From: Kiritimatiellia bacterium
GTDB taxonomy: Bacteria; Verrucomicrobiota; Kiritimatiellia; RFP12; UBA1067
Direction: 5' to 3'
Length of the DNA: 64,000 bases
Assembly (NCBI GenBank): GCA_050949565.1
Contig: JBMNFY010000017.1
Coordinates: 992,001 to 1,056,000, forward strand
Both the position numbers and the translations under genes were made by a program. Position 1 is the stretch's first letter. Each line of letters begins with the position of its first letter. The notes under the pieces were generated by a model that did not search any database, was not told where the DNA came from, and saw only the letters and a program-made list of their open reading frames with translations. Shown one piece after another: positions 38,357-49,227 of this stretch.

Positions 38357-39769
38357 ATGATGAATACGACACGGCGTGAATTTGCTCAAGGGATTTTGAC
38401 CTTTATCGGCGGGACGGCCTTCCCATTCGACCTGTTTGCCGACGCGGGGCGTCCGGCATTGAGATTCGGTGCGATTACCGATGTCCACATCGGCGGGCGC
38501 GGTACGGCCAAAGCCAATCTGGAGAAGACGTTGCGATGGCTGTCCACCCAAGCGATTGATGCTGTCGTCTGTACGGGCGACATCGCCCACACGGGGCTCA
38601 TCCAAGAGATCGAGCCGTTCGCCGAAGTCTGGCACCAAGTCTTCCCCGGCGGTAAGTCGCCTGACGGACGGAAAGTCGAACTGATGATCGCCACCGGCAA
38701 CCACGACGTGGATGGTTACTCCGGACGTTGGAAGGGTTTTTCCGAGGAGAAACTCCGCGCGTGCCGAATTACCCATCGCGACAACCCCGAGCGCCTGTGG
38801 CAGCGCCTCTTCAACGACAAATGGGAACTCATCTGGCGCAAAGAGGTGAAGGGCTACACCTTCATCGGTTCGCAGTGGCAGAGTCTCAATCCGCCCATCG
38901 AGGCGTACATGCAGGAGCATGCGGACACGCTCAAGGGGACGAAACCGTTCTTCTACTGCCAACATGCTGTCCCCCGGGGAACGTGCGGTGACCCCGGCAG
39001 CTCAGACACGGGCGCGTCCACGCGGGCGTTGACATCGTTCCCGAACGCGGTGGCGATCAGCGGACACTCGCATCTCACGCCGGCCAACGAGTTGATCGTC
39101 TGGCAAGGGGCGTTCACCTCTATCGGTTCGGGGTGCTTGCACGAAGGGGGCAGCCCGTTCAAAAATTACGAGAACGCCTCGGCCTTCTGGCACCCGACCT
39201 TCAAACAGCGCAAGATGGCACCGATCGGTGACCCGCTCGCCTGGGGTGGCGATCCCTCGGGCGCCTGCTTCATGCTTTACGAAGTCTATGACGATCATCT
39301 GGTGGTGCATCGTCGTTCCGTGCCGTATGAGTGCCCTATCGGCCCTGCCTTTGTGATCCCGATTCCCGCGCGGCCGGATGGTCCGTTCGATCTCAAGCGC
39401 CGGGCCGCGGCGCGCCACCCGCCGCAATTCCCCACACAGGCGAAGGTAGTGGTTAAGACCTGTCCCGACGGCCATCCGCTAGCGGGCAAGTCGTTCGAAG
39501 GGAAGCCTTGCGTGTACGTGACATTCCCGCATGCCAAGAGCGTTGCAGGCGGCAGGCGCGTCTATGACTACGTGGTTGTAGCCGAAGCCGCCGACAAGAA
39601 GATCGTCCGCGAGATCCTCGCCGCCGGGTACTGCCGTCCAGAGGGCTTCGCTGACCTGCCGGGCGAATGTATCTTCCTCCAAGACGAACTGCCCGCTGCG
39701 CAGGACACTCGTTATACCGTCACGCCCCGCGACTGTTTTGGCAACGCAGGGGTATCCATCAAAAGCTGA
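38357..39769 (+). CDS. Tat-exported calcineurin-like metallophosphoesterase
   Basis: TRREF twin-arginine signal; DVH, GD, GNHD, H and GHSH metal-binding motifs. Confidence 0.88.
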   Translation: MMNTTRREFAQGILTFIGGTAFPFDLFADAGRPALRFGAITDVHIGGRGTAKANLEKTLRWLSTQAIDAVVCTGDIAHTGLIQEIEPFAEVWHQVFPGGKSPDGRKVELMIATGNHDVDGYSGRWKGFSEEKLRACRITHRDNPERLWQRLFNDKWELIWRKEVKGYTFIGSQWQSLNPPIEAYMQEHADTLKGTKPFFYCQHAVPRGTCGDPGSSDTGASTRALTSFPNAVAISGHSHLTPANELIVWQGAFTSIGSGCLHEGGSPFKNYENASAFWHPTFKQRKMAPIGDPLAWGGDPSGACFMLYEVYDDHLVVHRRSVPYECPIGPAFVIPIPARPDGPFDLKRRAAARHPPQFPTQAKVVVKTCPDGHPLAGKSFEGKPCVYVTFPHAKSVAGGRRVYDYVVVAEAADKKIVREILAAGYCRPEGFADLPGECIFLQDELPAAQDTRYTVTPRDCFGNAGVSIKS

Positions 39770-39872
39770 TCGTCGATTGCGGATTGTCCGATATCCACCT
39801 TTTGCGCTTGTCAGTCTCCCTCGTGAAGCGGTATGCTTACCATAACCGTGATCTAAGACGGAAGGAGTAGTC

Positions 39873-42800
39873 ATGAAAAAAATGTTATTCACCTTGTTCG
39901 CTACATGTGTGGCGGTGACTTCTGTGTCATTGGCCCAAGATCCAGACACGAGTGACTATGCCGTGATCGACCTGTCTGAAGGTAGCGCGGCGGTCAGTTA
40001 TCCCATCTCGTACATGACGAGTGTACCTGCTGGCGGTTGGACGAACGACCTCGCCTATGTGACCAACAAGCTCGTCCTGCGCAAGATCGTCGAGACGAAC
40101 GGCACGTTTTACTATATGGGTGTCTTTGAACTGACGCGAGGGCAATTGAACTGTCTAAGGGGCACCAGCTATAGCGACCCTCAACTGCCGGTTACAGGCG
40201 CGCAACATCCATACACCGACGGATCGCTTAATGAAGCCCTGCAGAAGAGCGGGTTGCTTTTTACATTCCCGACCCAAGCGCAGTGGGAATACGCTTGCCG
40301 CGCCGGTACGACAACCAGTTACCACTTTGAGGGCGGGACTGACGATCCGGCTTCGCTCGGGGATTATGCGTGGTATGTTGCCAACTCCGGTGGTAACGCC
40401 CATGAAGTCGGACAAAAGTTGCCGAATCCGTGGGGGCTCTACGATCTCTACGGCAACGTAGCGGAGTTTTGCATCGGCGATGTCTCGCGCGGCGGACATT
40501 ATGGGTCGGCCGCTGGTCCATGTTCCTCATCCGGGTTACCCTACAGTTTTGGCGCTTTCGACACGGAGTATGGCTACCGCGTCTGTGCGCGCCTGCCTCT
40601 CCTGACCGTCAACGGCGGCACCGGCGGCGGCAACTGGCTCAAGGGGACGACCAACACGGTTGCTTGGACGCCGGTAGCGCACCATAACTTCTTGTATTGG
40701 CAGGTTGATCCGCCGTCTGTGACCAATGCGCAGGGGCTGGGTGAGGCCTTTTCGGACACCAACGCCACGACCACCGTGGTCATGCCCTTTGCCGACGTGA
40801 CGCTGACGGCCATTACCGAGCCGATCCTCTATCCGCTGACAGTCGTAAACGGCTCGGGTAGCGGCAGTTACACCAACGGTCAGATCATAACGATCACGGC
40901 CAATCCCACCAACACGCTGTACTTTGAATTTACCCAATGGACTGGAGACACGCATGTGTTGGCAGAGACAACCAACGCCACCACGACAGTGACCATGCCC
41001 GGTTACCCGGTTACCGTCACAGCCAATTATGGCGACAAACGCTACGCCCTGACGGTCAATTTCGCTTCCGGAGGCGGAAACTACACGAACGGGCAAGAGG
41101 TGACGATCGGTTCGAGCACCACGCCCCCGACCGCAGGTCATGAGTTCGATCACTGGGAGGGCGACACCGCCACGGTGGCCGACGTGAACAGTGCCCCAAC
41201 CACATTCAGGATGGGCGCGACCAACATGACGTTAACCGCCATCTTCCGGCCGAAAGTCGTACCGCAAAACACCTATTTGGCGTTCAACCTCACTGACAAC
41301 ACTGCATCGTACAGCGACGCACCGCCCGTGGGCGGCTGGACCGATCAGCACAAGACCACGCAAATGGTCTTCCGCAAGATCTCTGCCGGCAGCTTCACAA
41401 TGGGGAGCGCCTCCGGTCAACCCGGTGAAACGCAACACGCTGTGACGCTCACCAGGGACTTCTACCTCGGGATCTTTGAGGTGACGCAAAAACAGTGGGA
41501 AGAGATCCGGGGAACGAAGCCCAGTTTCTTCACCGGCGATACCCTGCCGGTGGAGCGCGTCTATTACTCAGACATCCGTGGCAATAATGACGGTAAAAAC
41601 TGGCCGGCGGACAACAAGGTCGACTACGATTCCTTCATGGGGCGTCTGCGCCCGAAGAGCCCCGTGGTCAGCGCGGCCGACCTGCCGACTGAGGCGCAGT
41701 GGGAGTACGCCTGCCGCGCCGGCACGACCGGCGACTATGCCGGTCCGGTGGATGCTCTGGGCTGGCATGCGGGGAACACCGCGCCTGCCCGCACCCAAGT
41801 GGTGGGAAGCAAGCAGCCCAATCCCTGGGGACTCTATGACATGCACGGCAACGTGTGGGAGGTCTGTCTAGATTGGTATAAAATGGACTTGGGGGCTGCG
41901 GCGCAGACCGATCCGGCCGGACCGGACGGCGTGGGCCCCAGACTGCCGCCGCTTCGGGTGATGCGTGGCGGCGCCTACAATGAACCTGCGGAAGGACTTC
42001 GTTCCGCCATACGCCAGAACATGATCGCGACGAACCAGTTGGCTGGCGGCGGCAGCGCCACGAACTTGGCACTGCCATACGGCACGTACGGTTTCCGTGT
42101 CGCGCTACCGCAGTCCACCACTTCGTTTGAGTTGACGGTTGTCGGCGGCGAGGTCAACACCAGCGGCGTGTTCACGGTGGGCACCAAGATCGGCCTCTCA
42201 CCGGCACCGGCCCCCGCCGGCATGAAGTTCGGCGCCTGGCAGGTGAATCCGGTTGGGATGGACCTAGGTGCAGGGTTCTCGCCCACCAACCAGCAGCCGT
42301 TGCTGACGATGCCGGCCGCCAATTTGACAATCACGGCGATCTACATCCCCGAAGACTCCTCTGGACTCTTCCGCTTTGTGCAAAACAATCCCGGGGCGTC
42401 AGTCGAGAGCTGGCGGGCCAACGGCGAGACGTTTACGATCACCGCGCCGGCGGCGACGCCCGGATATCGCTTCAGCACCTGGACGGTAACGCCAGCCGCC
42501 TATCTCGGAGCCGGCTTCGTGTCGACCGACGCATCGACCACGGTGGTGATGCCGGCAGTGGACGTAACGGTCATTCCCACGTATGTGCTGAATGTGCCGG
42601 ATCCCATAGTGGCGACGCCAACGGCGGGCGTGGCCTTTACGCTGGATGCCGGCGCAGGCATAGACGCGGCCAAGTTTAGTGCCAGCGGCCTGCCGCGCGG
42701 CCTGCGCATCGATAATACGACCGGCACCATATCGGGCGTGCCGTCAAGGCCGGGTGACTACGTAGTAACCATCACGGCACAGTACGCGGATGGAACCACC

Positions 42801-43952
42801 GTTACATACGATGTGGCCTTTACGGTCGAGCCGCTCAGCCCCGAGTTGCAAGGCTCCTTTACCGGCTATTGCTACGCAGAGGACTCCGCCGGGCAACGCC
42901 ATGCGCGCGGCTTGGTGACGCTCAGGGCCACCAAAGCCGGACGATTGACTGCCAAAGTCTCGCTGCAGAGGCTGAATCTCAGTTTCTCGGCTAAATCGTG
43001 GAGTGGAATGACGAGCGAAACGGAGTGCACGGTGACGATGGAACGCCGTCAGGGCGAACGTTTTGATCTGACGGCGGACAGCGCGACAGGTCTTGTGGAA
43101 GGGAAGCTGACCGGCGGAAGTCTGGGTGACGCGCTCCTGTCTATCGTCGCACAGCGTAACGCCTTCCAAGATCGCAACGACGTTGCAGCACAAGAGGTGC
43201 TGGCAACCTATAAAGGATACTACACCGTGGCGCTACCGACGGAGGTATGCGAGACCGATCCGGCGATCGACAACCAGCAGAGTGGATCGGGCTATGTCAC
43301 GCTCACGGTGCGCAACCGCGGAGTCGTCAGAGTCGCCGGCAAGATGGCGGACGGCACGCGAGTCTCGCAGTCGACAACGTTGTTTGTGGACGATTACGGC
43401 GCGTATGTACCGCTTTTCGTGAGGCTATACGCGCGGCGCGGCGTTTTCGCAGGTCTTCTGCAGCTTGACGGCGGAACGCAGCCTACGGACCTGAAGATCA
43501 ATGCAGAGCCCACGGTATTGCTCGAGTGGATTTATCCAGGCTCGACTATGCTGGAACTCGCCGACCGTTTCGATGCGCAGTTGTCGGCGATCGGAGCCTA
43601 TTACGACTCGCTGACTGACTTGCAGGCCGCTTATGCAGGCATGTTCCTACAAACCGAGGAGATAGCGATGCCTCTGGTTGCGGGAAGAACAGCGGGTTCG
43701 TTGGTGATTGATCCTGCGATCGACAATCCACAGGCCGTCAAGTTCAGGGTAACGCGTCGGAGTGGTCTCTTCTCAGGCTCATTCCGTACGCTGAACGAGG
43801 CGGGGCGGACCGTAACGCTTAGATACGCCGGTGTGTTGACCCGTGATGGTGACTTCTACATCGGAGACGGCGCCTACGTCGAGCAGCGTACGATCAACAA
43901 GAGGCGGATCAAATCGTCGCATCGCATCTGGATCGACACGCCTGCGCCTTGA
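39873..43952 (+). CDS. Large secreted protein with two FGE-sulfatase (SUMF1) domains, divergent InlB-B-like repeats and a putative Ig (He_PIG) domain
   Basis: PT(E/Q)AQWEYACRAG and PNPWGLYD(L/M)xGNVxE, each twice; LTVxxGSG.G.Y repeats; GLPRGLRID.TTGTISG.P; AAGGAG RBS. Confidence 0.85.
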   Translation: MKKMLFTLFATCVAVTSVSLAQDPDTSDYAVIDLSEGSAAVSYPISYMTSVPAGGWTNDLAYVTNKLVLRKIVETNGTFYYMGVFELTRGQLNCLRGTSYSDPQLPVTGAQHPYTDGSLNEALQKSGLLFTFPTQAQWEYACRAGTTTSYHFEGGTDDPASLGDYAWYVANSGGNAHEVGQKLPNPWGLYDLYGNVAEFCIGDVSRGGHYGSAAGPCSSSGLPYSFGAFDTEYGYRVCARLPLLTVNGGTGGGNWLKGTTNTVAWTPVAHHNFLYWQVDPPSVTNAQGLGEAFSDTNATTTVVMPFADVTLTAITEPILYPLTVVNGSGSGSYTNGQIITITANPTNTLYFEFTQWTGDTHVLAETTNATTTVTMPGYPVTVTANYGDKRYALTVNFASGGGNYTNGQEVTIGSSTTPPTAGHEFDHWEGDTATVADVNSAPTTFRMGATNMTLTAIFRPKVVPQNTYLAFNLTDNTASYSDAPPVGGWTDQHKTTQMVFRKISAGSFTMGSASGQPGETQHAVTLTRDFYLGIFEVTQKQWEEIRGTKPSFFTGDTLPVERVYYSDIRGNNDGKNWPADNKVDYDSFMGRLRPKSPVVSAADLPTEAQWEYACRAGTTGDYAGPVDALGWHAGNTAPARTQVVGSKQPNPWGLYDMHGNVWEVCLDWYKMDLGAAAQTDPAGPDGVGPRLPPLRVMRGGAYNEPAEGLRSAIRQNMIATNQLAGGGSATNLALPYGTYGFRVALPQSTTSFELTVVGGEVNTSGVFTVGTKIGLSPAPAPAGMKFGAWQVNPVGMDLGAGFSPTNQQPLLTMPAANLTITAIYIPEDSSGLFRFVQNNPGASVESWRANGETFTITAPAATPGYRFSTWTVTPAAYLGAGFVSTDASTTVVMPAVDVTVIPTYVLNVPDPIVATPTAGVAFTLDAGAGIDAAKFSASGLPRGLRIDNTTGTISGVPSRPGDYVVTITAQYADGTTVTYDVAFTVEPLSPELQGSFTGYCYAEDSAGQRHARGLVTLRATKAGRLTAKVSLQRLNLSFSAKSWSGMTSETECTVTMERRQGERFDLTADSATGLVEGKLTGGSLGDALLSIVAQRNAFQDRNDVAAQEVLATYKGYYTVALPTEVCETDPAIDNQQSGSGYVTLTVRNRGVVRVAGKMADGTRVSQSTTLFVDDYGAYVPLFVRLYARRGVFAGLLQLDGGTQPTDLKINAEPTVLLEWIYPGSTMLELADRFDAQLSAIGAYYDSLTDLQAAYAGMFLQTEEIAMPLVAGRTAGSLVIDPAIDNPQAVKFRVTRRSGLFSGSFRTLNEAGRTVTLRYAGVLTRDGDFYIGDGAYVEQRTINKRRIKSSHRIWIDTPAP

Positions 43953-43992
43953 TGACAGATGCGTGTCGGTCGGCGCGCGGTGAGGATTGTTC

Positions 43993-44469
43993 ATGGGATC
44001 CGTAGTGACGTGGGAAAAGCTAGACGCCTTGCGCGTCCAGTGGCGGCGTGAGGGGCGGTGTGTGGTATGGACCAATGGCTGCTTCGATCTCTTGCATGTC
44101 GGCCACCTGCGCAACCTGCAAGCCTGTAAAGCCTGCGGCGATGTGCTGGTGGTCGGCCTGAACAGCGATGCCTCCGTGCGTGCCATCAAAGGGCCGTCGC
44201 GCCCCGTCACCTGCGAAGCGGACCGTGCGGAGTTGTTGGCCGGTCTGGCTTGCGTCGATGCTGTGGTGGTGTTCGACGAGACCACACCCGAGGTCTCGCT
44301 GGCGCGGCTGAAGCCCGAAATTCACTGCAAAGGAGCAGACTACGCGCCGCCGCACGGGAAACCGATTCCCGAGGCCAAGGTCGTGGCCGCATATGGCGGC
44401 ACCATCCGCTTCATCCCGCTGGTCCCGGGCCGTTCCACCACCGAAACGCTGGCGAAAATCACCGGATGA
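43993..44469 (+). CDS. rfaE2: D-glycero-beta-D-manno-heptose 1-phosphate adenylyltransferase (HldE domain II)
   Basis: TNGCFDLLHVGH, GLNSDASV..KGPSRP, KGADY and GRSTT motifs. Confidence 0.92.
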   Translation: MGSVVTWEKLDALRVQWRREGRCVVWTNGCFDLLHVGHLRNLQACKACGDVLVVGLNSDASVRAIKGPSRPVTCEADRAELLAGLACVDAVVVFDETTPEVSLARLKPEIHCKGADYAPPHGKPIPEAKVVAAYGGTIRFIPLVPGRSTTETLAKITG

Positions 44470-45557
44470 AAAACTTGATCACTACGGAAGCTGACCTTAC
44501 GGCCTTAGCGACACGGTTGCTGAACGCTGAGGCAGTGGCGGTTGATACGGAGTTTTTCTGGGAGCGAACCTATTACCCGATACTCGGCTTGGTGCAACTC
44601 GCGACGACCGACGGTTGCTGGCTGGTCGATACCGTGGCCGTGCGCGACCTCCGCGCACTGGGACCGGTACTGGCTGCGCCGAACGTCACCAAGCTGCTAC
44701 ATGATGCTCATCAGGATCTCACGATTCTGGCCCGCGCGACCGGCACCGCACCGCGAACCGTGTTCGACACGCGTGCGGCGGCGGGCTTCGCCGGGTTCAG
44801 TTCCACCAGTTCTTTGCAGGCGCTGTTGCGCGATGCGTTAGGCATCGAACTGGCCAAAGCCGAGACCCGTTCCGACTGGTTGCGCCGTCCGTTGAGTGAA
44901 AGTCAACTCCGGTATGCGGCCGAAGATGTGATCCACTTGATCCCGCTGCGCACGGCGCTGCTGGCGCGTTGCGCCGGCGACATGCCCCGCGCATGGATGA
45001 ACGAGGAAATGGCGCATCTGGATGACGCGGCGCTATATAGCGACCGCGATCCACGCTTGATGTATCAGCGCGTCAAGGGCGGAGCGCGTCTTGATGCACG
45101 GTCACTCGCGGTGCTACGCGAAATGGCGGCATGGCGTGAAGAGGAAGCGCGGCAACGCGACCGGCCGCGCGAGTATATCCTGTCCGATACGCTGCTGGTG
45201 GCGATCGCCGAAGCCCAGCCGAATGGCCGCGCGGCGCTGGCCGCGTTGCCGGGTTTTCCACGTCGCATGCCAAACCGCGTGATGGATGCGCTGCTTGCGG
45301 CCGTAGCATGCGGGTTAGCACTGCCTGAGGAGGCGTGCCCGCAGCCTACAGGGTTCCGGCTGGACGAGAAACGCGCACTCAAAGCGCCGTCCGATCACCT
45401 GCTGACCCGTATCCGCACCGCCTGCGATGCGCACGGGATTGATCCGGCATTGGTGGCATCGCGTGCTGACGTCGAGAGCTATCTCAGGGCACAGCAGAAA
45501 GGTCGGGGCGCAGAACACCTACTCGGACAAGGCTGGCGCGCACAACTCCTCGCCTGA
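44466..45557 (+). CDS. rnd: Ribonuclease D
   Basis: AVDTEF..ERTYYP.LGLVQ, SDWLRRPLS..QL.YAAED and an HRDC domain. Confidence 0.93.
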   Translation: MKNLITTEADLTALATRLLNAEAVAVDTEFFWERTYYPILGLVQLATTDGCWLVDTVAVRDLRALGPVLAAPNVTKLLHDAHQDLTILARATGTAPRTVFDTRAAAGFAGFSSTSSLQALLRDALGIELAKAETRSDWLRRPLSESQLRYAAEDVIHLIPLRTALLARCAGDMPRAWMNEEMAHLDDAALYSDRDPRLMYQRVKGGARLDARSLAVLREMAAWREEEARQRDRPREYILSDTLLVAIAEAQPNGRAALAALPGFPRRMPNRVMDALLAAVACGLALPEEACPQPTGFRLDEKRALKAPSDHLLTRIRTACDAHGIDPALVASRADVESYLRAQQKGRGAEHLLGQGWRAQLLA

Positions 45558-45651
45558 AAACCTAACCTTTTCCCCCGCCTTGATTTAGGACAGGCGATAT
45601 GCGAAACTAACAGCGAGATTATTGAGAGTCACGAAACAAGGAGACAAAGCA

Positions 45652-46509
45652 ATGTCAGTTCCATTCAAGGTTGATTTGAAAAACAAGGTGGCGGTGGTGA
45701 CCGGCGGCGGCGGTGTGCTGTGCAGCGCGATGGCCAAGGCACTGGCCGAGTGCGGCGCGGCGGTGGCCGTGGCGGACCTTAAGCTTGAGGCCGCGCAGCG
45801 CGTAGCCGACGAGATCACGGCGGCGGGCGGCAAGGCGATAGCCGTAGCCTGCAATGCGCTGGAGAAAGAGAGCCTCGAAGCGGCCAACGCTGAGATCGAA
45901 AAGAATCTCGGCCCGGTTTCGATCTTGATCAACGGCGCGGGCGGCAACCACCCCAAGGGCACCACGGCGATGGAATACCTGAACCCTGACGACCTGCTGA
46001 AGGAGAACCGCGATTTCGTGACCTTCTACGATCTGGATCCTAAAGGTATCGAGTTTGTCTTCAATCTCAATTTCCTCGGCACGTTGTTGCCGACCCAGGC
46101 TTTCACCAAGAAGATGGCGCTGGACCGCTCAGGCGTGGTCATCAACATCTCGTCAATGAATGCCTTCCGCCCGCTCACCAAGATCCCCGCCTACAGTGCG
46201 GCCAAGGCAGCGGTCAGCAACTTCACGCAGTGGATGGCGGTACACATGGCCAAGGCCGGCATCCGCGTCAACGCGATTGCGCCGGGCTTCTTCTTGACCG
46301 ACCAGAACCGTTCGCTACTGACCAACCCGGACGGCAGTATGACCCCGCGCTCCGAGAAAATCATGGCGCACACGCCAATGGAGCGTTTCGGCGATCCGTC
46401 CGACCTGATCGGTGCGCTGCTGTGGCTGGTCTCGGATCCGGCGGCAGGCTTCGTGACCGGTGTGGTAGTACCGGTGGACGGCGGTTTCGCGGCCTACAGC
46501 GGCGTGTAG
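45652..46509 (+). CDS. SDR-family oxidoreductase, D-mannonate oxidoreductase-like
   Basis: TGGGGVL, NGAGGNHP, YSAAK, IAPGFF and VDGGF motifs. Confidence 0.88.
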   Translation: MSVPFKVDLKNKVAVVTGGGGVLCSAMAKALAECGAAVAVADLKLEAAQRVADEITAAGGKAIAVACNALEKESLEAANAEIEKNLGPVSILINGAGGNHPKGTTAMEYLNPDDLLKENRDFVTFYDLDPKGIEFVFNLNFLGTLLPTQAFTKKMALDRSGVVINISSMNAFRPLTKIPAYSAAKAAVSNFTQWMAVHMAKAGIRVNAIAPGFFLTDQNRSLLTNPDGSMTPRSEKIMAHTPMERFGDPSDLIGALLWLVSDPAAGFVTGVVVPVDGGFAAYSGV

Positions 46510-46614
46510 TCTTTGGACGATCAGGCTGATTCGACTGATCCGACAAATCAGACAGATCAGCCCCTCACTTAACTCGAAACTCTTTCGAATCCCTCGAAAA
46601 AAAGGAAAACAATC

Positions 46615-48081
46615 ATGGCAAAGAAAGTAACCAAAGCGGACATCGGGCTCATCGGCCTCGCGGTGATGGGCGAGAACCTCATTCTCAACATGGAGAGCAA
46701 AGGCTACACCGTAGCCTGCTACAACCGCACGGTCGAGAAGGTTGATGCCTTCATCAACGGCCGCGGTGCGGGTAAGCGCCTGATCGGCTGCCGCTCGATG
46801 CAAGAACTGGCGGACAGCCTCAAGAAGCCGCGCCGCGTAATGATCATGGTCAAGGCCGGAGCGCCCGTGGATCAGACGATCGAAGCGCTGCTGCCAGTGC
46901 TGGAAAAGGGCGACATCATCATCGATGGCGGCAACAGCCACTTCCCTGACACGATCCGCCGTACGCGCTATTTGGCGGAAAAGGGCCTGCGCTTCATTGG
47001 CGCTGGCGTCTCCGGCGGTGAAGAGGGCGCCCTGTTGGGCCCGGCGATCATGCCCGGCGGCGACGTCAAAGCGTGGCCCCATGTGAAGTCGATCTTCCAG
47101 GACGTCGCGGCGAAGGTCGAAGACGGCACGCCCTGCTGCGCTTGGATCGGCAGCGATGGCGCCGGCCACTTCGTCAAGATGGTACACAATGGCATTGAAT
47201 ACGGTGACATGCAGCTCATCTGCGAGGCGTACGACCTGATGGCGCGCGGCCTCGGCATGTCCGCCGCAGAGATGCAAAAGGTCTTCGCCAAATGGAATGC
47301 AGGCGACCTCGATAGCTATCTGATCGAGATCACGGCTGACATCCTTTCGCAGACCGATGCCGAGACCGGCAAGCCGATCGTTGATATCATCCTCGACACG
47401 GCTGGTCAGAAGGGCACTGGCAAATGGACCTCTCAGGCCGGCCTCGACCTGGGTGTCGCCATCCCGCAGATTGCCGAAGCGGTCTTCGCGCGTTATCTAT
47501 CGGCTGTTAAGGATGAACGCGTCGCAGCGTCCAAGTTGCTGAAGGGACCGGCCAAAAAGATTGACGTCGACAAGAAGCTCTTCATCAAGCAACTCGAACA
47601 AGCAGTCTACGCCTCGAAAATCTGCTCGTACGCACAGGGCTACCAACTGTTGCGCGCCGCTGCCGAAGAGTACAAGTGGGATCTCAACTACGGCGAGATC
47701 GCGCTGGTCTGGCGTCAGGGCTGCATTATCCGCGCCCGCTTCCTCGGCAAGATCAAGGAGGCTTTCGACGCCGATCCGAAACTCGCTAACCTGTTGCTCG
47801 ACCCCTACTTCAAGAAGACCGTCGCCAAAGCCCAGAGCGCATGGCGCGCCGTCATCAAGACGGCTATCGACCTCGGCATTCCGGTGCCGGCGATGGGCAC
47901 CGCGCTCAACTACTTCGATAGCTACCGCAGCGCCCGCCTGCCGGCAAACCTGCTGCAGGCGCAGCGTGACTACTTCGGCGCGCACACCTTTGAGCGCGTT
48001 GACAAGCCGCGTGGCGAGTTTTACCATCACATCTGGACTGAGAGTGGTGGCAGCACCGCCGCTTCGACTTACACTGCGTAG
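46615..48081 (+). CDS. gnd: 6-phosphogluconate dehydrogenase, decarboxylating (NADP-dependent)
   Basis: [35 protein letters not shown] and [11 protein letters not shown] motifs. Confidence 0.97.
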   Translation: MAKKVTKADIGLIGLAVMGENLILNMESKGYTVACYNRTVEKVDAFINGRGAGKRLIGCRSMQELADSLKKPRRVMIMVKAGAPVDQTIEALLPVLEKGDIIIDGGNSHFPDTIRRTRYLAEKGLRFIGAGVSGGEEGALLGPAIMPGGDVKAWPHVKSIFQDVAAKVEDGTPCCAWIGSDGAGHFVKMVHNGIEYGDMQLICEAYDLMARGLGMSAAEMQKVFAKWNAGDLDSYLIEITADILSQTDAETGKPIVDIILDTAGQKGTGKWTSQAGLDLGVAIPQIAEAVFARYLSAVKDERVAASKLLKGPAKKIDVDKKLFIKQLEQAVYASKICSYAQGYQLLRAAAEEYKWDLNYGEIALVWRQGCIIRARFLGKIKEAFDADPKLANLLLDPYFKKTVAKAQSAWRAVIKTAIDLGIPVPAMGTALNYFDSYRSARLPANLLQAQRDYFGAHTFERVDKPRGEFYHHIWTESGGSTAASTYTA

Positions 48082-48101
48082 TACAACGAGGAAAAACCGT
48101 T

Positions 48102-49175
48102 ATGAAAAAACTTGGCAAGATTCTGATGTGGCTTGTGATCGTGGTCGTGGTGGTGCTGCTGGTGGCGGTGCTGACGTTGCCGATGACCATCGGGCCGATC
48201 GTCAAGACCGCTGCTTCGGTAGGCGGACCTAAAGCACTGGGCGTGCCGGTTTCGGTCGGTGACGTCAAACTCAACGCGCTGGCCGGCAACCTCACGGTGT
48301 CGCAGGTCAAGGTTGGCAACCCTCAGGGCTATTCCGATAAGGACGCCTTTGCAGTGGACAAGGTTGAAGTAGGCCTGAACATGCGCTCGCTGATGAGTGA
48401 TACCATCGTAGTGCGCAAGATCCAGATCGATGCGCCGGCCATCTCGTTTGAGAGTAAGGACGGCAAGTCGAATTTCGACGCCATGATGGCAAATACCAAG
48501 AAAGCTTCCGAAGAAGAGAAACAGAAAACCGAAAAAGAGAAGAAGCCCGGCAAGAAAGTCGTGATCGAGGAGTTCTCGCTGAACAATGCAAAAGTCTCGT
48601 ATGCGTCGGGCATAACGCTGGGCAAGTCGATCACTGTTCCCCTGCCCTCGCTGGTTATACGCGACATCGGCAAGAAATCGGGCGGCGCGACGGCCGCCGA
48701 TGCACTGACCGAGGTCATCAACGGTATCCTAGGGGGACTCTCTCAGGCTGTGACAGGTATAAGCGGCGCAGCGAGCGACTTGCTTAAAGGTGTCAGCGGC
48801 GCGGCGGACGGCCTGCTCAAAGGTGCCGGAGACGCGACCAAAGGCGCAACCGATGCGCTCAAAGGCGTGACCGACGGCGCATCGGATGCCGCTTCAGGCG
48901 CGGCCAAAGCGCTCAAAGACGTGGCCGGCGGTGCGACGGACGCCGCATCAGGCGCGGCCAAAGCGCTCAAAGACGTGGCCGGCGGTGCGACGGACGCCGC
49001 ATCAGGCGCGGCCAAAGGCGTGACCGATGCGCTCAAAAGCCTGACCGGCGGTAGCGCGGCGGACGGTGCGAAAGAGACCGCAGCGGATGCGACAAAAAGT
49101 GCTGAGGGTACAGCCAAAGACGCAACCGACGCCGCCAAAGATGCCGCCAAGAGTCTAAAGAAACTCTTCAAGTGA
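48102..49175 (+). CDS. AsmA-like membrane-anchored protein with an Ala/Gly/Lys/Asp-rich repetitive tail
   Basis: N-terminal TM, GNPQGY, IVVRKIQIDAP..SNFD and LPSLVIRDIG motifs; 54-nt tandem repeat at 48894-49017. Confidence 0.75.
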   Translation: MKKLGKILMWLVIVVVVVLLVAVLTLPMTIGPIVKTAASVGGPKALGVPVSVGDVKLNALAGNLTVSQVKVGNPQGYSDKDAFAVDKVEVGLNMRSLMSDTIVVRKIQIDAPAISFESKDGKSNFDAMMANTKKASEEEKQKTEKEKKPGKKVVIEEFSLNNAKVSYASGITLGKSITVPLPSLVIRDIGKKSGGATAADALTEVINGILGGLSQAVTGISGAASDLLKGVSGAADGLLKGAGDATKGATDALKGVTDGASDAASGAAKALKDVAGGATDAASGAAKALKDVAGGATDAASGAAKGVTDALKSLTGGSAADGAKETAADATKSAEGTAKDATDAAKDAAKSLKKLFK

Positions 49176-49227
49176 TCATCCCGCCATCCGCATCCGTATG
49201 CGTGGCGCGGTCGCCCCGAAACGTCTG

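Noticed and set aside
39873-43952. Diversity-generating retroelement target (FGE/CLec domains)
   Set aside because: There is no reverse transcriptase and no template repeat differing only at adenines in the window. The two domains differ at all base types.
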